A stretch of DNA of 64,000 nt from Eledone cirrhosa (Eukaryota). A model generated the notes under the pieces. That model searched no databases, was not told the origin of the DNA, and was given only the letters and a program-made list of their open reading frames with translations. Positions 13,733 to 29,163 of the stretch are shown one piece after another; the stretch's first letter is position 1; every line of letters starts with the position of its first letter. Location: positions 299,212,001-299,276,000 of the forward strand of contig OZ024740.1 of the NCBI GenBank assembly GCA_964016885.1. Direction: 5' to 3'. The translations under genes and the position numbers were made by a program.

Positions 13733-14198
13733 CACTGAGGTTGTCTGTCTGTATGTCTGTCTGTCTACTAAATCCGTCGGCACACATCTCCTCCTAAACC
13801 CTACGTTCAAATTTCGGTGAAATTGCTACACTTATAGATGAAGGTCCGGCGGAGACATCGGTCAACAAAATGTTCATACCGACCCACGCCAAGTGCAAAA
13901 ATCGAATTTGTAATATATTGATTTTTCAGTTCAAATGTATAAATAGAGATGAGAGACGAGTTATTTCCCTTTTGTGGCGTCATTTGAATATCTATTTACG
14001 TTACGAACAAACTACGCGTACAAAAATACGCGAACAGTTTTCGGGCCAGCAAAATTTTAACCTCCAAAATTCATGAGTTGGAAGTTTCAACATTGAGCTT
14101 CCATTTTGCTTCATTTCCATTAAAAAGTCTTTTAAAACAATATTTTAGCGCATCAGCCACGCCATCTCCCGAGGCAATGCTGCGAGTGTGCTGGCTAG
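13730..14198 (+). mobile_element. Possible non-autonomous Helitron-like element
   Basis: 5' (GTCT)n tract followed by aaatttcggtgaaattg motif; 3' GC-rich segment ending in ctag. Confidence 0.35.
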
Positions 14199-14733
14199 CC
14201 TAAAAAATCATTAGAGAGGTTGCCCAGTACTCGCGACGTTGCTGTCTTTTGCTCTGGTGTTGGCTCCGTTGTTCAACTCTTCCTTTACTATTGTAGCATT
14301 GAAGGAATATATATTTCATTGTATCATCCTTTGTAATGTTACCGATGCATTTGTAATGTTATTTATGTATATATTTAAAACATATTTGTTATGTAATTCT
14401 ACTGTAAATTTATTTATATTCTCTGTTTATATTTTCATTCTGAAGGAATTGCAAACGATTTGTAATGTTGTTTGTGCAAATATGAATAAAATATTTTTAC
14501 TTGAAAACTAGCCTATTTGAATACACTACTACCCTAAAAAATCTATGAAACTACATACATGTTGCAACTCTCTCTATATATATATATCACACACACACAC
14601 ACATATACATCTAAAGAGAGAAAGGGAGATGTAGAGAGAGAGAGAGAGTGAGATAGGTCGTTATACAGAGAGAGGTACAAGATAATCAGATAGAGAGACA
14701 GAGAGAGAAAGAGAGAATGGCGACGAACGCTGG

Positions 14734-14795
<62 letters not shown>

Positions 14796-14945
14796 TATAT
14801 AAAGACAGAGAGAGAGAGAGATCTGCGCGTTCTTTATTGTTCTCCATTCTGTAGAAGAAGAGATAGAGAGGGGGTATGAATGAGAGAGAGAGAGAAAGAG
14901 AGAGGGAGGGTATGAGAAAAAAGGGCGAGGGGTTGAGAAAGAAAG

Positions 14946-15290
14946 AAAGTTTAAGCAAAGAATCGCTGCTTTCAAAATTAACGGGATCTTCTGAAACTAA
15001 AAAATTCAATCTGTGATCGCAGAATTAAATATTTCGAGAAACGTTGCAACCGAAGGAAAACAGGAAGACGATATTTTGGTTCGTGAAGACGTTCCCTGGT
15101 AATGAACGTAAAAAAAGTGAGGATAATACGTCGTTATATGGACCGAGAAGAACAATTTCATGTAGAGATAAGACTAAGTTTATGGTGTAAAAGGAGTCGT
15201 TAGACTAATATTCTATTTAAAATAACCGAATGATTTCCAGCCCCGGAGTTTAAGAATGATGTAAATAAAATTATAAACGAAATTGACAGA
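14946..15290 (-). mobile_element. Diverged family C pLTR copy
   Basis: aaagtttaagcaaagaatcgctgctttc...gggatcttctgaaacta matches 10803 onward; hammerhead stem II disrupted. Confidence 0.75.
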
Positions 15291-15479
15291 GGTTATTAAA
15301 ATAGTTGTTTCTACTTTTGGCACAAAGCCAGTAATTACTGGTACTTTATTTTATCGACCCCGTAAGGATGAAAGGCAAAGTTAACCTCGACGGGATCTTA
15401 ACTTTGCCTTAAAACGGACATACATATACATATACATACGCACATACAAATAAACACACACACACACACACGCGCGCGT

Positions 15480-15917
15480 GTGTGTAAACCTTTTGTATTT
15501 CTACAGTATTTTCACCAAACTTAAGACATAAGTTACTTATGTGCTTCGGATGGTCATGGGCACTTTCATTTTTCTAGATATTGATTATAGAGCCTCCCGG
15601 CAGATAACCCCCTTTAACCACTTCTTTGGAGTCGACTGAAGCGCTGCAGTGCAATGCAACAAAGCTTCATAACTTCTGGAGTTCGCAACTGATTTTCACC
15701 AAACTTGACACACGGGCTACGTTTGTTCTACAGGTGAATGTGAACTCTCATAATTGGCACATATTGAGTAGGGTACCCCTGGGGGGCAGGAACCCCCTTT
15801 TGGAAAAAGTCGATGATTTTGTAAAAGTATAGTTTTCGAAGCAGCACTGAAGTATTGACATAAATGGTATACATAACTGGTATTTAATACCCGAGCAACG
15901 CCGGATGCCTCTGCTAG
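15480..15917 (+). mobile_element. Helitron-like 3' portion
   Basis: Ends cccgagcaacgccgg...CTAG|T, the same terminus type as at 3461; 5' end uncertain. Confidence 0.5.
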
Positions 15918-16046
15918 TATATATATATATGTCGCGCGCATACACACACATATTTTTTTTTAGTATAGATTGAAAGTTTAAGCAATGAATTTCAGCTTTC
16001 ACACTCAGCGAGAGCAAATGAAACTATATATATACAAGTATTTGAC

Positions 16047-16090
<44 letters not shown>

Positions 16091-16595
16091 GTCAAATACT
16101 TGTCTAAAATAACAGTGTTTATAGTAAAAATATAATTAACTATTGACCATAACATTCTATACGAAGCCAGACGCCTGCATCTCGAGTTCCCATGTCTTCC
16201 ATAATTTTCAATCTGTCTCTTCTTCTTCTTCTTCTTCTTCTTCTTCTTCTTCTTCTTCTTCTTCTTCTTCTTCTTCTTCTTCTTCTTCTTCTTCTTCTTC
16301 TTCTTCTTCTTGTCGCTGTATATTTACTATCATTTTAAATCAATTATAGTAACACAAACCATCATATAGACCGTTTACACAGTGGTACAACAACTGAAAT
16401 AACTATAATAGGCAACAGGAACAGACATATAGTTAGGTACTATGATATGATAGATAAATTGGTAGTTACGTATATTGGAGGTAGGTCGAATGGTAGGTAG
16501 GTAGATTATTGCTTTGGTTGGAAACAAATACACAACCTGCTTATGAAGTGTGCATGTATGTACGTATATATGTACGTATGTATGTACGTATGTAT

Positions 16596-16789
16596 GTCGG
16601 GTCACTCTTGAGTGCTATTGGTAACATGTAACCTAGTTCAACTTGTCGCATGGTCGGGTCGTCGGCGACTAAACCGGCAACCCCACCAAGTTTACTTGGT
16701 GAGGAGGGTGATTTTGGACACCCTGCAGGACAAAAAACAAAACCTGACAAAGGGCGGAAGAACTCATAAGAGTCAACGGGCATCCAAAA
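16596..16789 (+). mobile_element. 5' part of the RTE-derived non-autonomous element
   Basis: Similar to 44660-44850; preceded by (TATG)n. Confidence 0.75.
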
Positions 16790-16849
16790 GTGTGTAAATA
16801 TGTATATACACATGTACATATGTATGCATATGCGCGGGGACATAGAAAT

Positions 16850-17181
16850 AATCAGGTAGGATACCCGAACGCGCGGTTAAACCACTTGGAGTGAAGGAGT
16901 GCTAGCCTTTGTCAGGGCATTCTTCTAGGAGAAGACAACTCAGGAAACTGGATAACTCCGATATATAACCTGCGAATCTGTAGTTACTGATGATCTTGAT
17001 CTTTTCTTCTTTTCGGGTTATAGCTACTGTCGCTCAGAGAGTGGGATTGGCTCAGTGCACAGTCTTTCCTCACTTTAAAAAATATCTTCACTCACAGGCA
17101 TTGCACGATAGAATTAATTAATAATTATTAATAATGGTATATCGTGCAATGGCCATACTCGATAACGAGGGGGCAGCCATC
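16850..17181 (+). mobile_element. Related RTE-derived short element
   Basis: Shares tagcctttgtcagggca...tctaggagaag and the 3' end ggccatactcgataacgag...ggcagcca followed by (ATGT)n. Confidence 0.6.
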
Positions 17182-17244
17182 ATGCATGCATGTATGCATG
17201 TATGTATGTATGTATGCATGTATGTATGTATGTATGTATGTATG

Positions 17245-17276
<32 letters not shown>

Positions 17277-17596
17277 ATTTAAATTTTAGCCATGTTATAT
17301 TGAGATGTAAGTAAATGTAAAATGTAAAATATAAATAAGGATTGCTCTGCTAAAATATACTAAAATATTTGTGTAACTTACACAAACTTCTGTCGTATTA
17401 TTATTATTATTACTTTTTTTTTTTTTTTTTTTTTCAAATTCAATGATGTTCCAGAACAATATAAAAGAGATAATTGGCAATTTAGGTTCTGGAACAAAAA
17501 AGATCATTGGCAATAAGGGCAGGGGCCCCAGGTTATCACAGCCTGGGCCCGCTCGCCATCGTGCCATTGTAATAGAGATGGTCATCTTACGGAATT

Positions 17597-20220
17597 TTGT
17601 GGAGAATATACATTCTTCTGGAAAGGAAGAGATGAAGGAACCAGAAGAGAGGCCGGGGTAGGATTTGCTGTTAAGACTGTGCTTGTGAACAAATTAGAGG
17701 AATTCCCAGTAGGGATTAGTGAGCGTCTTATGTCCATGAGAGTTCCGCTGGACAAGGGAAGATATGCTACCCTGGTGAGTGTGTATGCTCCAACTATGAG
17801 TTCTGTCGATGAGGAAAAGGTGTCCTTTTACCATGCCTTGAAAGGTGTTTTAAGAAATATCCCCCAGGCAGACAAAGTCATCGTGCTTGGTGACTTTAAT
17901 GCTAGAGTGGGTAGGGATTTTAACACATGGAATGTAATCGGAAGGCATGGGGTGGGAAAGTGTAACAGCAATGGGATGCTCCTGCTGTGTTACCAACACC
18001 ATGTTCCAACAAAAGAACAAATTCAAGACCACATGGATGCATCCTGCATCTAAGGAATGGCATCTTTTGGACTACGTGCTAGTCAGGATGCGTGACAGAC
18101 AGGATGTGCAGTGTGTTCGTGTTCTTCGTGGAGCTGAGTGCAGGACGGATCACCGCCTGGTACGCGCAAAAGTGAAACTAATCACTAAACGTAAAATCCG
18201 GGCTCCTGGTGTTGCCCTGCCCAAAAGATTGAATGCTGGTCGTCTTAAGGATAAAAATGTGAAGAGGACATTGGAAGAAGAGATGCAGGCTGCAGATCTT
18301 GGTGAGGATTGGCCGACCCTTAAAAAGTCGGTTTATGATGTAGGCAGGCGTGTTCTGGGATTGGCGCAGAGGAAACATCAGGACTGGTTTAATGAGAATG
18401 ATGTACATATAGAGGACTTGTTGGCTGACAAGGGGCGTGCTCTGTCACGCTATTTGACGGCAAAACCACAGGAGAGGAATACGTTGCATGAGGAACTCAG
18501 GGATATAAAATCACGTGTTAGGCGGAGTCTTTCTCAGATGAAGGATCAGTGGTGGAGTGAGAAGGCTGGTGAGATACAAACTGCGTCTGATTCCAATAAC
18601 ACAAAGCTGTTGTACAGTCTCTTGCGTGAGGTTTATGAACCGTCTTCTTCTCTGGTGACACCGCTCCGCAGCAAGGATGGCAAAGAACTTCTTCGTGACT
18701 CACAAGGAATTCTACGAAGGTGGCGAGAGCACTTTGATGATCTTTTGAATCAGCCGTCTGTCGTCAGTGAAGATTTCCTCAATCTCATTCCAGAAAGTCC
18801 TGTGAAAGTAGCTCTCGCAGAACCTCCGACGCTTGTGGAGGTTGCAGTGGCTATTTCGAAGCTGAACAGTGGAAGATCTCCAGGTATGGATAGCATACAT
18901 GCTGAGCTCCTACAATAGGGTGGTGAGAGACTCCTGCAACATCTGCACTCTTTGTTTGGAAGGATATGGGCTAATGAATCCGTAACTGAGGATTGGAGAG
19001 ATGCAGTAATGGTGGTCTTGTACAAGGGAAAGGGTAACAGGAACGATTGTGGGAACTACAGAGGTATATCATTGCTTTCTGTCGTAGGGAAAGTTTTATG
19101 TAGGGTGCTTCTGGACCGTCTGCTGACACACATTGCAGATTGTGTTCTTCCTGAAAGTCAATCTGGTTTTCGTGCTGGACGCGGCACTACTGATATGATC
19201 TTCTCAGCTAGACAGCTCCAGGAGAAGTGCATGGAACAAGGCTTGGATCTGTATCAGGTTTTTGTCGATCTGACAAAAGCTTTCGATACTGTTAACAGAG
19301 ATGCATTATGGAAGGTTCTCCAGAAACTTGGTTGCCCTGAGAAGTTCCTTGCTTTAGTTAGGTCTTTCCATGACGACATGAAGGCTTGGGTTAATGTCGG
19401 GGGTAACATGTCGGAGCCTATCTCAGTAAAAAATGGAGTGAAAGAGGGGGATATTCCAGCACCGACCCTGTTTGCCATATACTTTACAATGGTTTTCTGT
19501 ATTGCATTCAGGAATTGCGAGCATGGTGTTTACATCCGATATCGAACCTCAGGCAGCATATTTAATATCAGGCGCTTTGCTGCGAAGACAAAAGTATTTA
19601 CATCAATCATAAGAGACCTCTTGTATGCAGATGATTGCGATCTTGTAGCGCACACAGAGAGAGATATGCAGCACATTTTGAATGCATTTTCTGACGCTTG
19701 CACTGCCCTAGGTCTGACTGTCAGTCTCAAGAAAACCGTCGCCATGTACCAACCTGCCCCTGGTAAGCAGTACACTGAACCAAACATCTATGTGTATGGC
19801 AAACGACTTGGAGTGGTTGATCAGTTTGTCTACCTGGGAAGCACTGTCAATCGATACAGCAACCTTGACAGTGAAATCTCACTTAGGATTAGGAAAGCAA
19901 GTGATGCTTTCGGAAAGCTAGAAAGGCGACTCTGGGGTCGGCGAGACATATGCAGGAGGGCAAAGGTAAAGGTGTACAGGGCATGTGTGCTCTCTTGTCT
20001 TCTTTATGCCTGCGAGACCTGGGTCACATATCGACACCACCTTAAACAATTGGAGCGTTTCCATCAGATGTGTCTCAGACGGATCCATGGCGTTCACTGG
20101 AGGGACCACATCAGTGATGTCGAGATTTTGGAAAGCTCTATGTGTGACAGTATAGAAGCTCTTGTGCTTAAGCAACGACTCCGTTGGAGTGGTCACCTTG
20201 CCAGGATGAAGGATTCTAGA
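17597..20220 (+). mobile_element. RTE-clade (BovB-like) LINE, APE endonuclease + RT, disrupted
   Basis: SVYAPT, VLGDFNARVG, LLDYVLVR, TDHRLV (APE); NYRGISLLS, FVDLTKAFDTV, LLYADD, FVYLGS (RT). Frameshift near 17990, in-frame TAG at 18916-18918; the 3' end runs into (ATGT)n. Confidence 0.95.
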
Positions 20221-20285
20221 ATGTATGTATGTATGTATGTATGTATGTATGTATGTATGTATGTATGTATGTATGTATGTATGTA

Positions 20286-20712
20286 TGGCCATCCAAAATC
20301 ACTGGGAGAGATGACCCCTTAGCCTTTGTCAAGGCAGAATTCTAGGAGAAGGAAAACTCTGATATAACACCTGCAACCCTGATGGTATCCAATGATGTTG
20401 ACTTGTTCTTCTTTTTGGTAAATATCATCTTGGTTAAGAGAGTGCGACTGGCTTTGTGCAGTGCCTTTGCTCACTATAAAAGCTTCACGGAACAGGCATT
20501 GCTTTATATCTGGAGATCTCTCTGCACTTGTCATCACATGGTACCATGGTCCCAGCACTGTATCAATAATTGTCACAAGTGTAGTGTTTGTACCAGAGTT
20601 TTCAAGTCGCTGGCTGGACTAAAAAGTCACACTCGTTCAGCGCAATGGTAGGGTTTCTCCTACATGGATATAAAGTAGTGTCCGTACTCGAAAACGAGTT
20701 GGCAGCCACCAT
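20286..20712 (+). mobile_element. 3' part of the RTE-derived non-autonomous element
   Basis: Near-identical to 44838-45266; retains C2H2-like remnant CSVCTRVFKSLAGLKSHTR. Confidence 0.85.
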
Positions 20713-23498
20713 GTTTATATGTATGTAAGTGTGCATGTATGTACGTGTGTGTTGGTGGGGTGGGGATCCACACCCCTCAGGCCTAAGAGTTTAGACGATT
20801 TCATAATATGGAAGAGACTTCCACGTAGGTTGGGGTTATACTTCTACATTTGCCTTTTGTTTAGCAGCAAATGTTTCATGAAAGCTGATTTGTATCACTA
20901 AAACAATACTGATATAATTGAATCTTTCGTTCAATAGCAGTTCTCCCTCACAAGGTTCTACACAACTTCATGGATGGGATGGCAAATGCTGTGCTTTTAT
21001 GCGGTGGCCATTAAAGTTTTGAAGGTCCCATTACACACCAGAAATCAAACATTGCAATGAGCGGCAAAATGCTATTAAAGCTAAGTAGAAATCAACTATA
21101 ATGAGGTGCTGTTAGTTTCTAATGGTCATGAAACATGCTGAATATCAATGTTTTTTCTTCTATTTTCCATTACGAGAAACTGAGCGAGAAAAAGAGAGGT
21201 AAGCATATAAAAGCTAATGCGATGAAGCAAAGTTTTCAGACAGAACAGAGAATATAGAAATCAAGAGAACATAGAACTAAAGAAATGGAACAAAACAATT
21301 AAATAGTTGAACCGAAACATAAGATCGATAAAAAAGGCTTTTTTTTTTTCAAAGGCTTGAAATGAACAAAGAAAATGTCAATTTGAAAGGAAGTTTAATG
21401 TAAGAAGCAAGTCAATAAAAGGCAACAGAGCCGCGCGGAATTCAGGCGATTTTTGAGAAATGCTACGCCGGAAATATCATGTTACAGATGGAAAGCATGT
21501 ATAATGGTCAATGCATAATAACCCATTGGCATTTTAAAATAATTCTATACCTTTCGTCATAATCTTTTACTTTTCAACAACAATTCTCACTATTTCGGTT
21601 TCTACAATTTTCTTCAGTTACTTGGTTAAGAACAAAAGACTGAATCGATAGGAAGAGAAAGAAAGAGAAGCAAAAGAACATGCAACGAAAGAAAGAAAAA
21701 TAGTTAAGACGTGTATAATATGACTATTTATCTGAAACAAGATGTTGATGTCGGGTGGGAATTGCGAGATTTGTGGCCCCTATTTCTAGCAGATCGAGCG
21801 ATCAACACTATTGGGGCTGCGTCTTTGGTTGTGTTGTCTAAATTAATTGTATATTAAGTAAAAACCCAGTTCTTTCAAATATCATAAAACTGCTCCTATG
21901 CTTGCCGATTATACGAAAATACAATCAGTTGCATGAAAAGGGAAATCTACTAGAGATACATTTACAAATGAGTTGCTAATGCAAATTGGTTTCATATACT
22001 CGTGACTATTGTAGTTTCGTTTGGCAAAATATATTTGTATACACACTAGATAAATGTATTTTCATTCCTACTTTCTTGCAAACCTCTGATGGAAATAGCT
22101 CCAGATGTAATCTTATTACCTATTAGCGATTACATACTTCAATTTGCCCTTTTGATTTTAAAAACAGTGTGGTAGATTTCCTATCTGAGTGAGTGAGCAA
22201 GTAGAGGTTCTCTCATTGGCTCGTTGAATGGTCATTGGATTGCAGGTTGAAGGACCTGTATTTGAATCAATTGTTCCACGCGGTATTAATGGACTAGATC
22301 ATATTTTTCAATAAAGACAGCAACAGCCTTTCGGGGGCGTTATAGAAATTTTATTTTGGTGGTGGTGGCCAACTAAAATTCGAAAACGTTTTAGACATTT
22401 GCACATTATAAGCCTAATGTCGTGTTGCGGATAGAGTTGTCTATTTATCAGATGTAAAGCGGTCGTTTGAGCGAAAATATTTGAGAACCACTGGTCTATG
22501 TATTCTTGCTGGTAAGCCCATTAAAATTGAAGACACCATAGTTTACAGCTTAAGCCTGCAAAGAACAAAACCCATTGTTGACCAGGTTTTCGTTAATAAT
22601 CTCTGCTTAATTCAACTTCTTATTGCCCGCAGCAATCATACCAACCTTTTCTAATGCTTTCATATTTTCTGGAAAGGTGCTGGAGATACTTTAGATATAG
22701 GATCACCAGGACACATCTTTTTTTTATCCTCTCAATGATTTAAGTATTATACTATGGCATACAATATATGAAATACAATACCACTAAACACTAGCTATTT
22801 TCATATGGATTTGTGAGTTTACTATGTCCCTATAAAACCGACAAGTAGACTTGCTGCTTCTGTTCACAAAGTAATGTCAAGTACTTCTCGATTTGCAAAG
22901 TACAAATTTATCGTGAAGAAAATAAAATAATGTAAAAAGTAAAACATACGTACCTTACACTAACAATACAATTTTATGTCTAAAGAAATAGGATTGTTAT
23001 GTAGCTAAAAGATATAGAAATAAATACCAAAAAATATACCAATAAAACAAAAATACAATATCTCAAGAAAGAAACATTCCGTGAACCAAATTCCTTTTAT
23101 CATGGCATTTCCTTGATGTCGAATGACTTGATAGACTTCCTCGTATCTTTCAAGAATGGAACGAGAAATGTTAAGTTAAATTCTTTTTATTCCAAACACA
23201 ATACCGTTGTGTTTCTTTTATTATATTCTAGAAATAGTTTACTTTATACATCAATGTACTGGCTTTACGGAAGAATAAATAAGGATAGTGCAGAATAAAG
23301 GTTGCGCAATAAATATGCTCAAACCACACGTATGGTTAACGCACACACACAACGACATATATATATATATATACATACATATATATTATATATATATACA
23401 CACATATATATATAATATACATATAATATATATTATATATATGCACATAAACATACATAGATATATATTTATATATATATATATATATATATATAATT

Positions 23499-23674
23499 AT
23501 TTCTACTTTTGGCACAAGGCCAGCAATTACCAAGTGCATTACTGGTACTTTATTTTATCGACCCCGTAAGGATGAAAGGCAAAGTTAACCTCGGCGGGAT
23601 TTGAACTCAGAATGGCAAGGGCCGTAACTCTATACGTCAAAGCATGGCATTGCAGCCTCTACCGATACTGCCAA
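23499..23674 (-). mobile_element. MetaSINE-like copy
   Basis: Core, B-box and A-box present. Confidence 0.85.
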
Positions 23675-23973
23675 TATGTATATATATATATATACATATG
23701 TATCTTTGTGGATGCCTGTTTATTTAGATGTATTGAAGGACATATATGTATACATAAATGCACAGGGTTATACTTGAAATACTTACAACAAACAGAATTT
23801 TGACCGCATGTAAACCATTTGTATTATATTCTGTAGTAATATGTAGGAATGAATTATTCTACTATAAGACAATATGTATATATATATATATATATGTTGT
23901 GTGTGTGTGTGTGTGTGTACTTGTGTGTGTATTTATTGAAAAAACAAATGTTCCATTGTATGTATATATATAA

Positions 23974-24036
<63 letters not shown>

Positions 24037-24149
24037 TACAATGGAACATTTGTTTTTTCAATAAATACACACATATATATATATGTCTGTGTGTGTACAT
24101 ATATATATATGTATGTGTGTGTGTGTGCGTGTGTGTACAGATGTGTATA

Positions 24150-24317
<168 letters not shown>

Positions 24318-24546
24318 GATGTGCATATGTGTCTATGTGGGCGCCTGTGTATTTATTTATATGTATCGACGCACATTTATGTATATATAAATGCACAGGG
24401 TTATCCTGGAAATACTTACAAAAGATAGAATTTTGACTGCATGTAAACCATTTGTATCATTTTCTGTAGTATGTACGAATGAATTATTCTATTATATATC
24501 ATATGTGCATGTATATAAATATATTTGCATGTATGTATGCATGTAA

Positions 24547-26666
<2,120 letters not shown>

Positions 26667-26977
26667 GACGTAAATAAGAAAGTTATGAAAATTGTAAATT
26701 TTAGTAAGTAAGTCAATTTTCATAACTTTCTTATTTACGTCTTTCATATAATTGTTCTGCATTCCCCTGCATAGAACTACAAAGTTACTAAGACAAAACA
26801 TATATATCTGCTAGCATAGGTATGCATCTGTATACATATGTCGGTAGATATATTAATTCTTTATATATATATATATGTATATAAATGTATATGTATGTAT
26901 GCATGTATGTATGTATGAATACACACACATATATATATATATACATATACATATACATACATATATATATGCATATA

Positions 26978-27047
<70 letters not shown>

Positions 27048-27081
27048 TATATATATATATATGCATATATATATATATGTA

Positions 27082-27119
<38 letters not shown>

Positions 27120-27133
27120 TATATATATATATG

Positions 27134-27169
<36 letters not shown>

Positions 27170-27600
27170 TACACTTCTTATCGATAAATATAGTATTTCT
27201 GCTACTGAACTTAATATTAAAAGAATAGACGATATTATTACAGTAGCTTCTAACAGATAGTTACAAATATTGCCCAGCTATGAGAATGATTCGTTTAAAT
27301 GCTTTCAAACAAAAGATTCGTTATCCTGACCCTAAAATATTGGTCTGTATTTTGTGCTGAGATGTAATAGTTTTGTATTTCTTTACGAGTCACACTACCT
27401 CTCCAGCTAATAGGGTGTCGGTGACATACCAAAAAATTATTTCATGTTGAATTAATCAAGGCGCTCCGTTTCCAATGACTCTGTTCACATAGTGTTAAAT
27501 TTGTATTTTGTTGTTATATACAACATCATCTAAATAGTATATTTTTTTACCCTGATTCCCTGATGCAAAACTTCAATAAAAAATGAGTTTGTATTACGTT

Positions 27601-27728
27601 AAGAAGAAGAAGAAGAAGAAGAAGAAGGAGAAGAAGAAGAAGAAGAAGAAGAAGAAGAAGAAGAAGAAGAAGAAGAAGAAGAAGAAGAAGAAGAAGAAGA
27701 AGAAGAAGAAGAAGAAGAAGAAGAAGAA
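27601..27728. repeat. (AAG)n microsatellite
   Basis: Direct reading; one example of many (TA)n, (CA)n, (TAA)n, (ATGT)n, (CT)n and (AAG)n tracts. Confidence 0.98.
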
Positions 27729-28052
27729 TGTAGCATTTTACATTCGAAAATATTCATTTTGATTAGATATGCTTTGAGATGACTAAATATATCATTGCAA
27801 CTCTATTTTAATTATAAACATCATAGTACAGATCCTTGTCATTTGGAAGAGTTTCATGCAATTCTTAAATTGTACAAATTATTGGTGATATAGCAAGAGG
27901 CAATATTTTATTTAGTGAAGCTGATGACCTTTCTACGAAAGTGGAATGGTAAGTGTTGAATGGCCGACATCTCTTATGATATCGAAATGATATATATCAA
28001 AGTATAAAATATGAGATGTACTTAATATGATTAAGTACATCTCAGGGATCGA

Positions 28053-28890
28053 TTCTTCTTCTTCTTCTTCTTCTTCTTCTTCTTCTTCTTCTTCTTCTTC
28101 TTGAGAGGGTCGTGAAGGCTGAGTCTTTAAACACTTCTTCCATCAGATCCTGTCAGAAGCACTAGTCTCTAACTGATCCGCCTGGATCCTCAAGCAAGAT
28201 CAGCCAAGCTCATGGATGTTATACAACCCATTTGCTTGAAGTCTACCCCTGGATATCTTGTCGATTGGTTTTACACGTAAAATCTGTGCAGCTATTCTTT
28301 CCTAAGACATTCTAACCCCATGCTCATAACATCGGAGCTCTGATTCCTCAATTCAGACAAGTAGCGGCTCTACGCACACTATCGAGTAATGTTACTCGAA
28401 AGATCCTTAGAAGGAACCCAATTTCGTCAGCTTATATTCGAGATTGTATACTTTCGGTCATTACTCAAGCTTCATGACCATAGGTGTGGGTTGGTATGGA
28501 TAGTGAGTTTGGCTTTTACCCCTACCACACTTCTTCTGATTACTGAATGCGGATGCGGGCGCAATTACAGCACCAGCTTCTGGCTTTCTTTCAGGATTTC
28601 TTGCCGGATTTTCACTTCCCCCAGCGGTCTTGCCACATTTCAGCTCTTTAACAACCTCCGAGAGGTTAGTCATCGCTCCCAGATGCTCATCGTGTACATC
28701 AGAAGATGCTGTCTCTGCTGCGATTCTTCATTCCTGCTTGTACCGCGAGTGCAAGAAAGAGGACTTATTTCCAAGCCAAGCTTTGTAGGCCTCCTTCTTT
28801 GCTCGGATGGCATCTTTGATCTCTGGATTGAACCAAGGTGTCCTCCTGCCATCCGGTGCCACAACAATCCTTTCGACCGCTGCATTTAAC
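28053..28890 (-). mobile_element. Internally deleted RTE-type LINE remnant with (GAA)n tail
   Basis: Minus-strand peptides TPWFNPEIKDAIRAKKEAYKAW, EVVKELKCGKTAG and a degenerate VEPLLV..E..LR C-terminal block, with the RT core missing; ends in (GAA)n. Confidence 0.65.
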
Positions 28891-28997
28891 AGCTGAAGCA
28901 GAAATTGGTGCGCTGTAAATTTCCACTCAGAGACAGAGTGGATATTCTCATATATCATTAATGGAAAACACATTGTAATGATATAGACGTAATAATT

Positions 28998-29163
28998 GTT
29001 TTTACTTTTGGCACAAGACCAGTGCATTACTGGTGTTTTATCTTATCGACCACGTAAGGATGAAAGGCAAAATTAACCTCTGTTAGATTTGAACTCAGAA
29101 CGTAAAGGGCCATAACTCTATGCTGAAAATCATGTTGTCTGACGCTCTACCGATACTACCAAT
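28998..29163 (-). mobile_element. MetaSINE-like copy
   Basis: Core and B-box present. Confidence 0.8.

Noticed and set aside
16985-17010. CTGATGA motif
   Set aside because: No downstream GAAA or supporting stems.
18916-18918. In-frame stop in the RTE ORF (and those at 55011, 56287) as programmed readthrough or selenocysteine
   Set aside because: They are TAG, not TGA, and the same elements carry frameshifts; ordinary decay is simpler.
20382-20651. 89-aa ORF as a host C2H2 zinc-finger gene
   Set aside because: It lies within a repeated RTE-derived element and is frameshifted in the other copies.
27915-27960. CTGATGA...GAAA hammerhead candidate
   Set aside because: No stem I or stem III complementarity.
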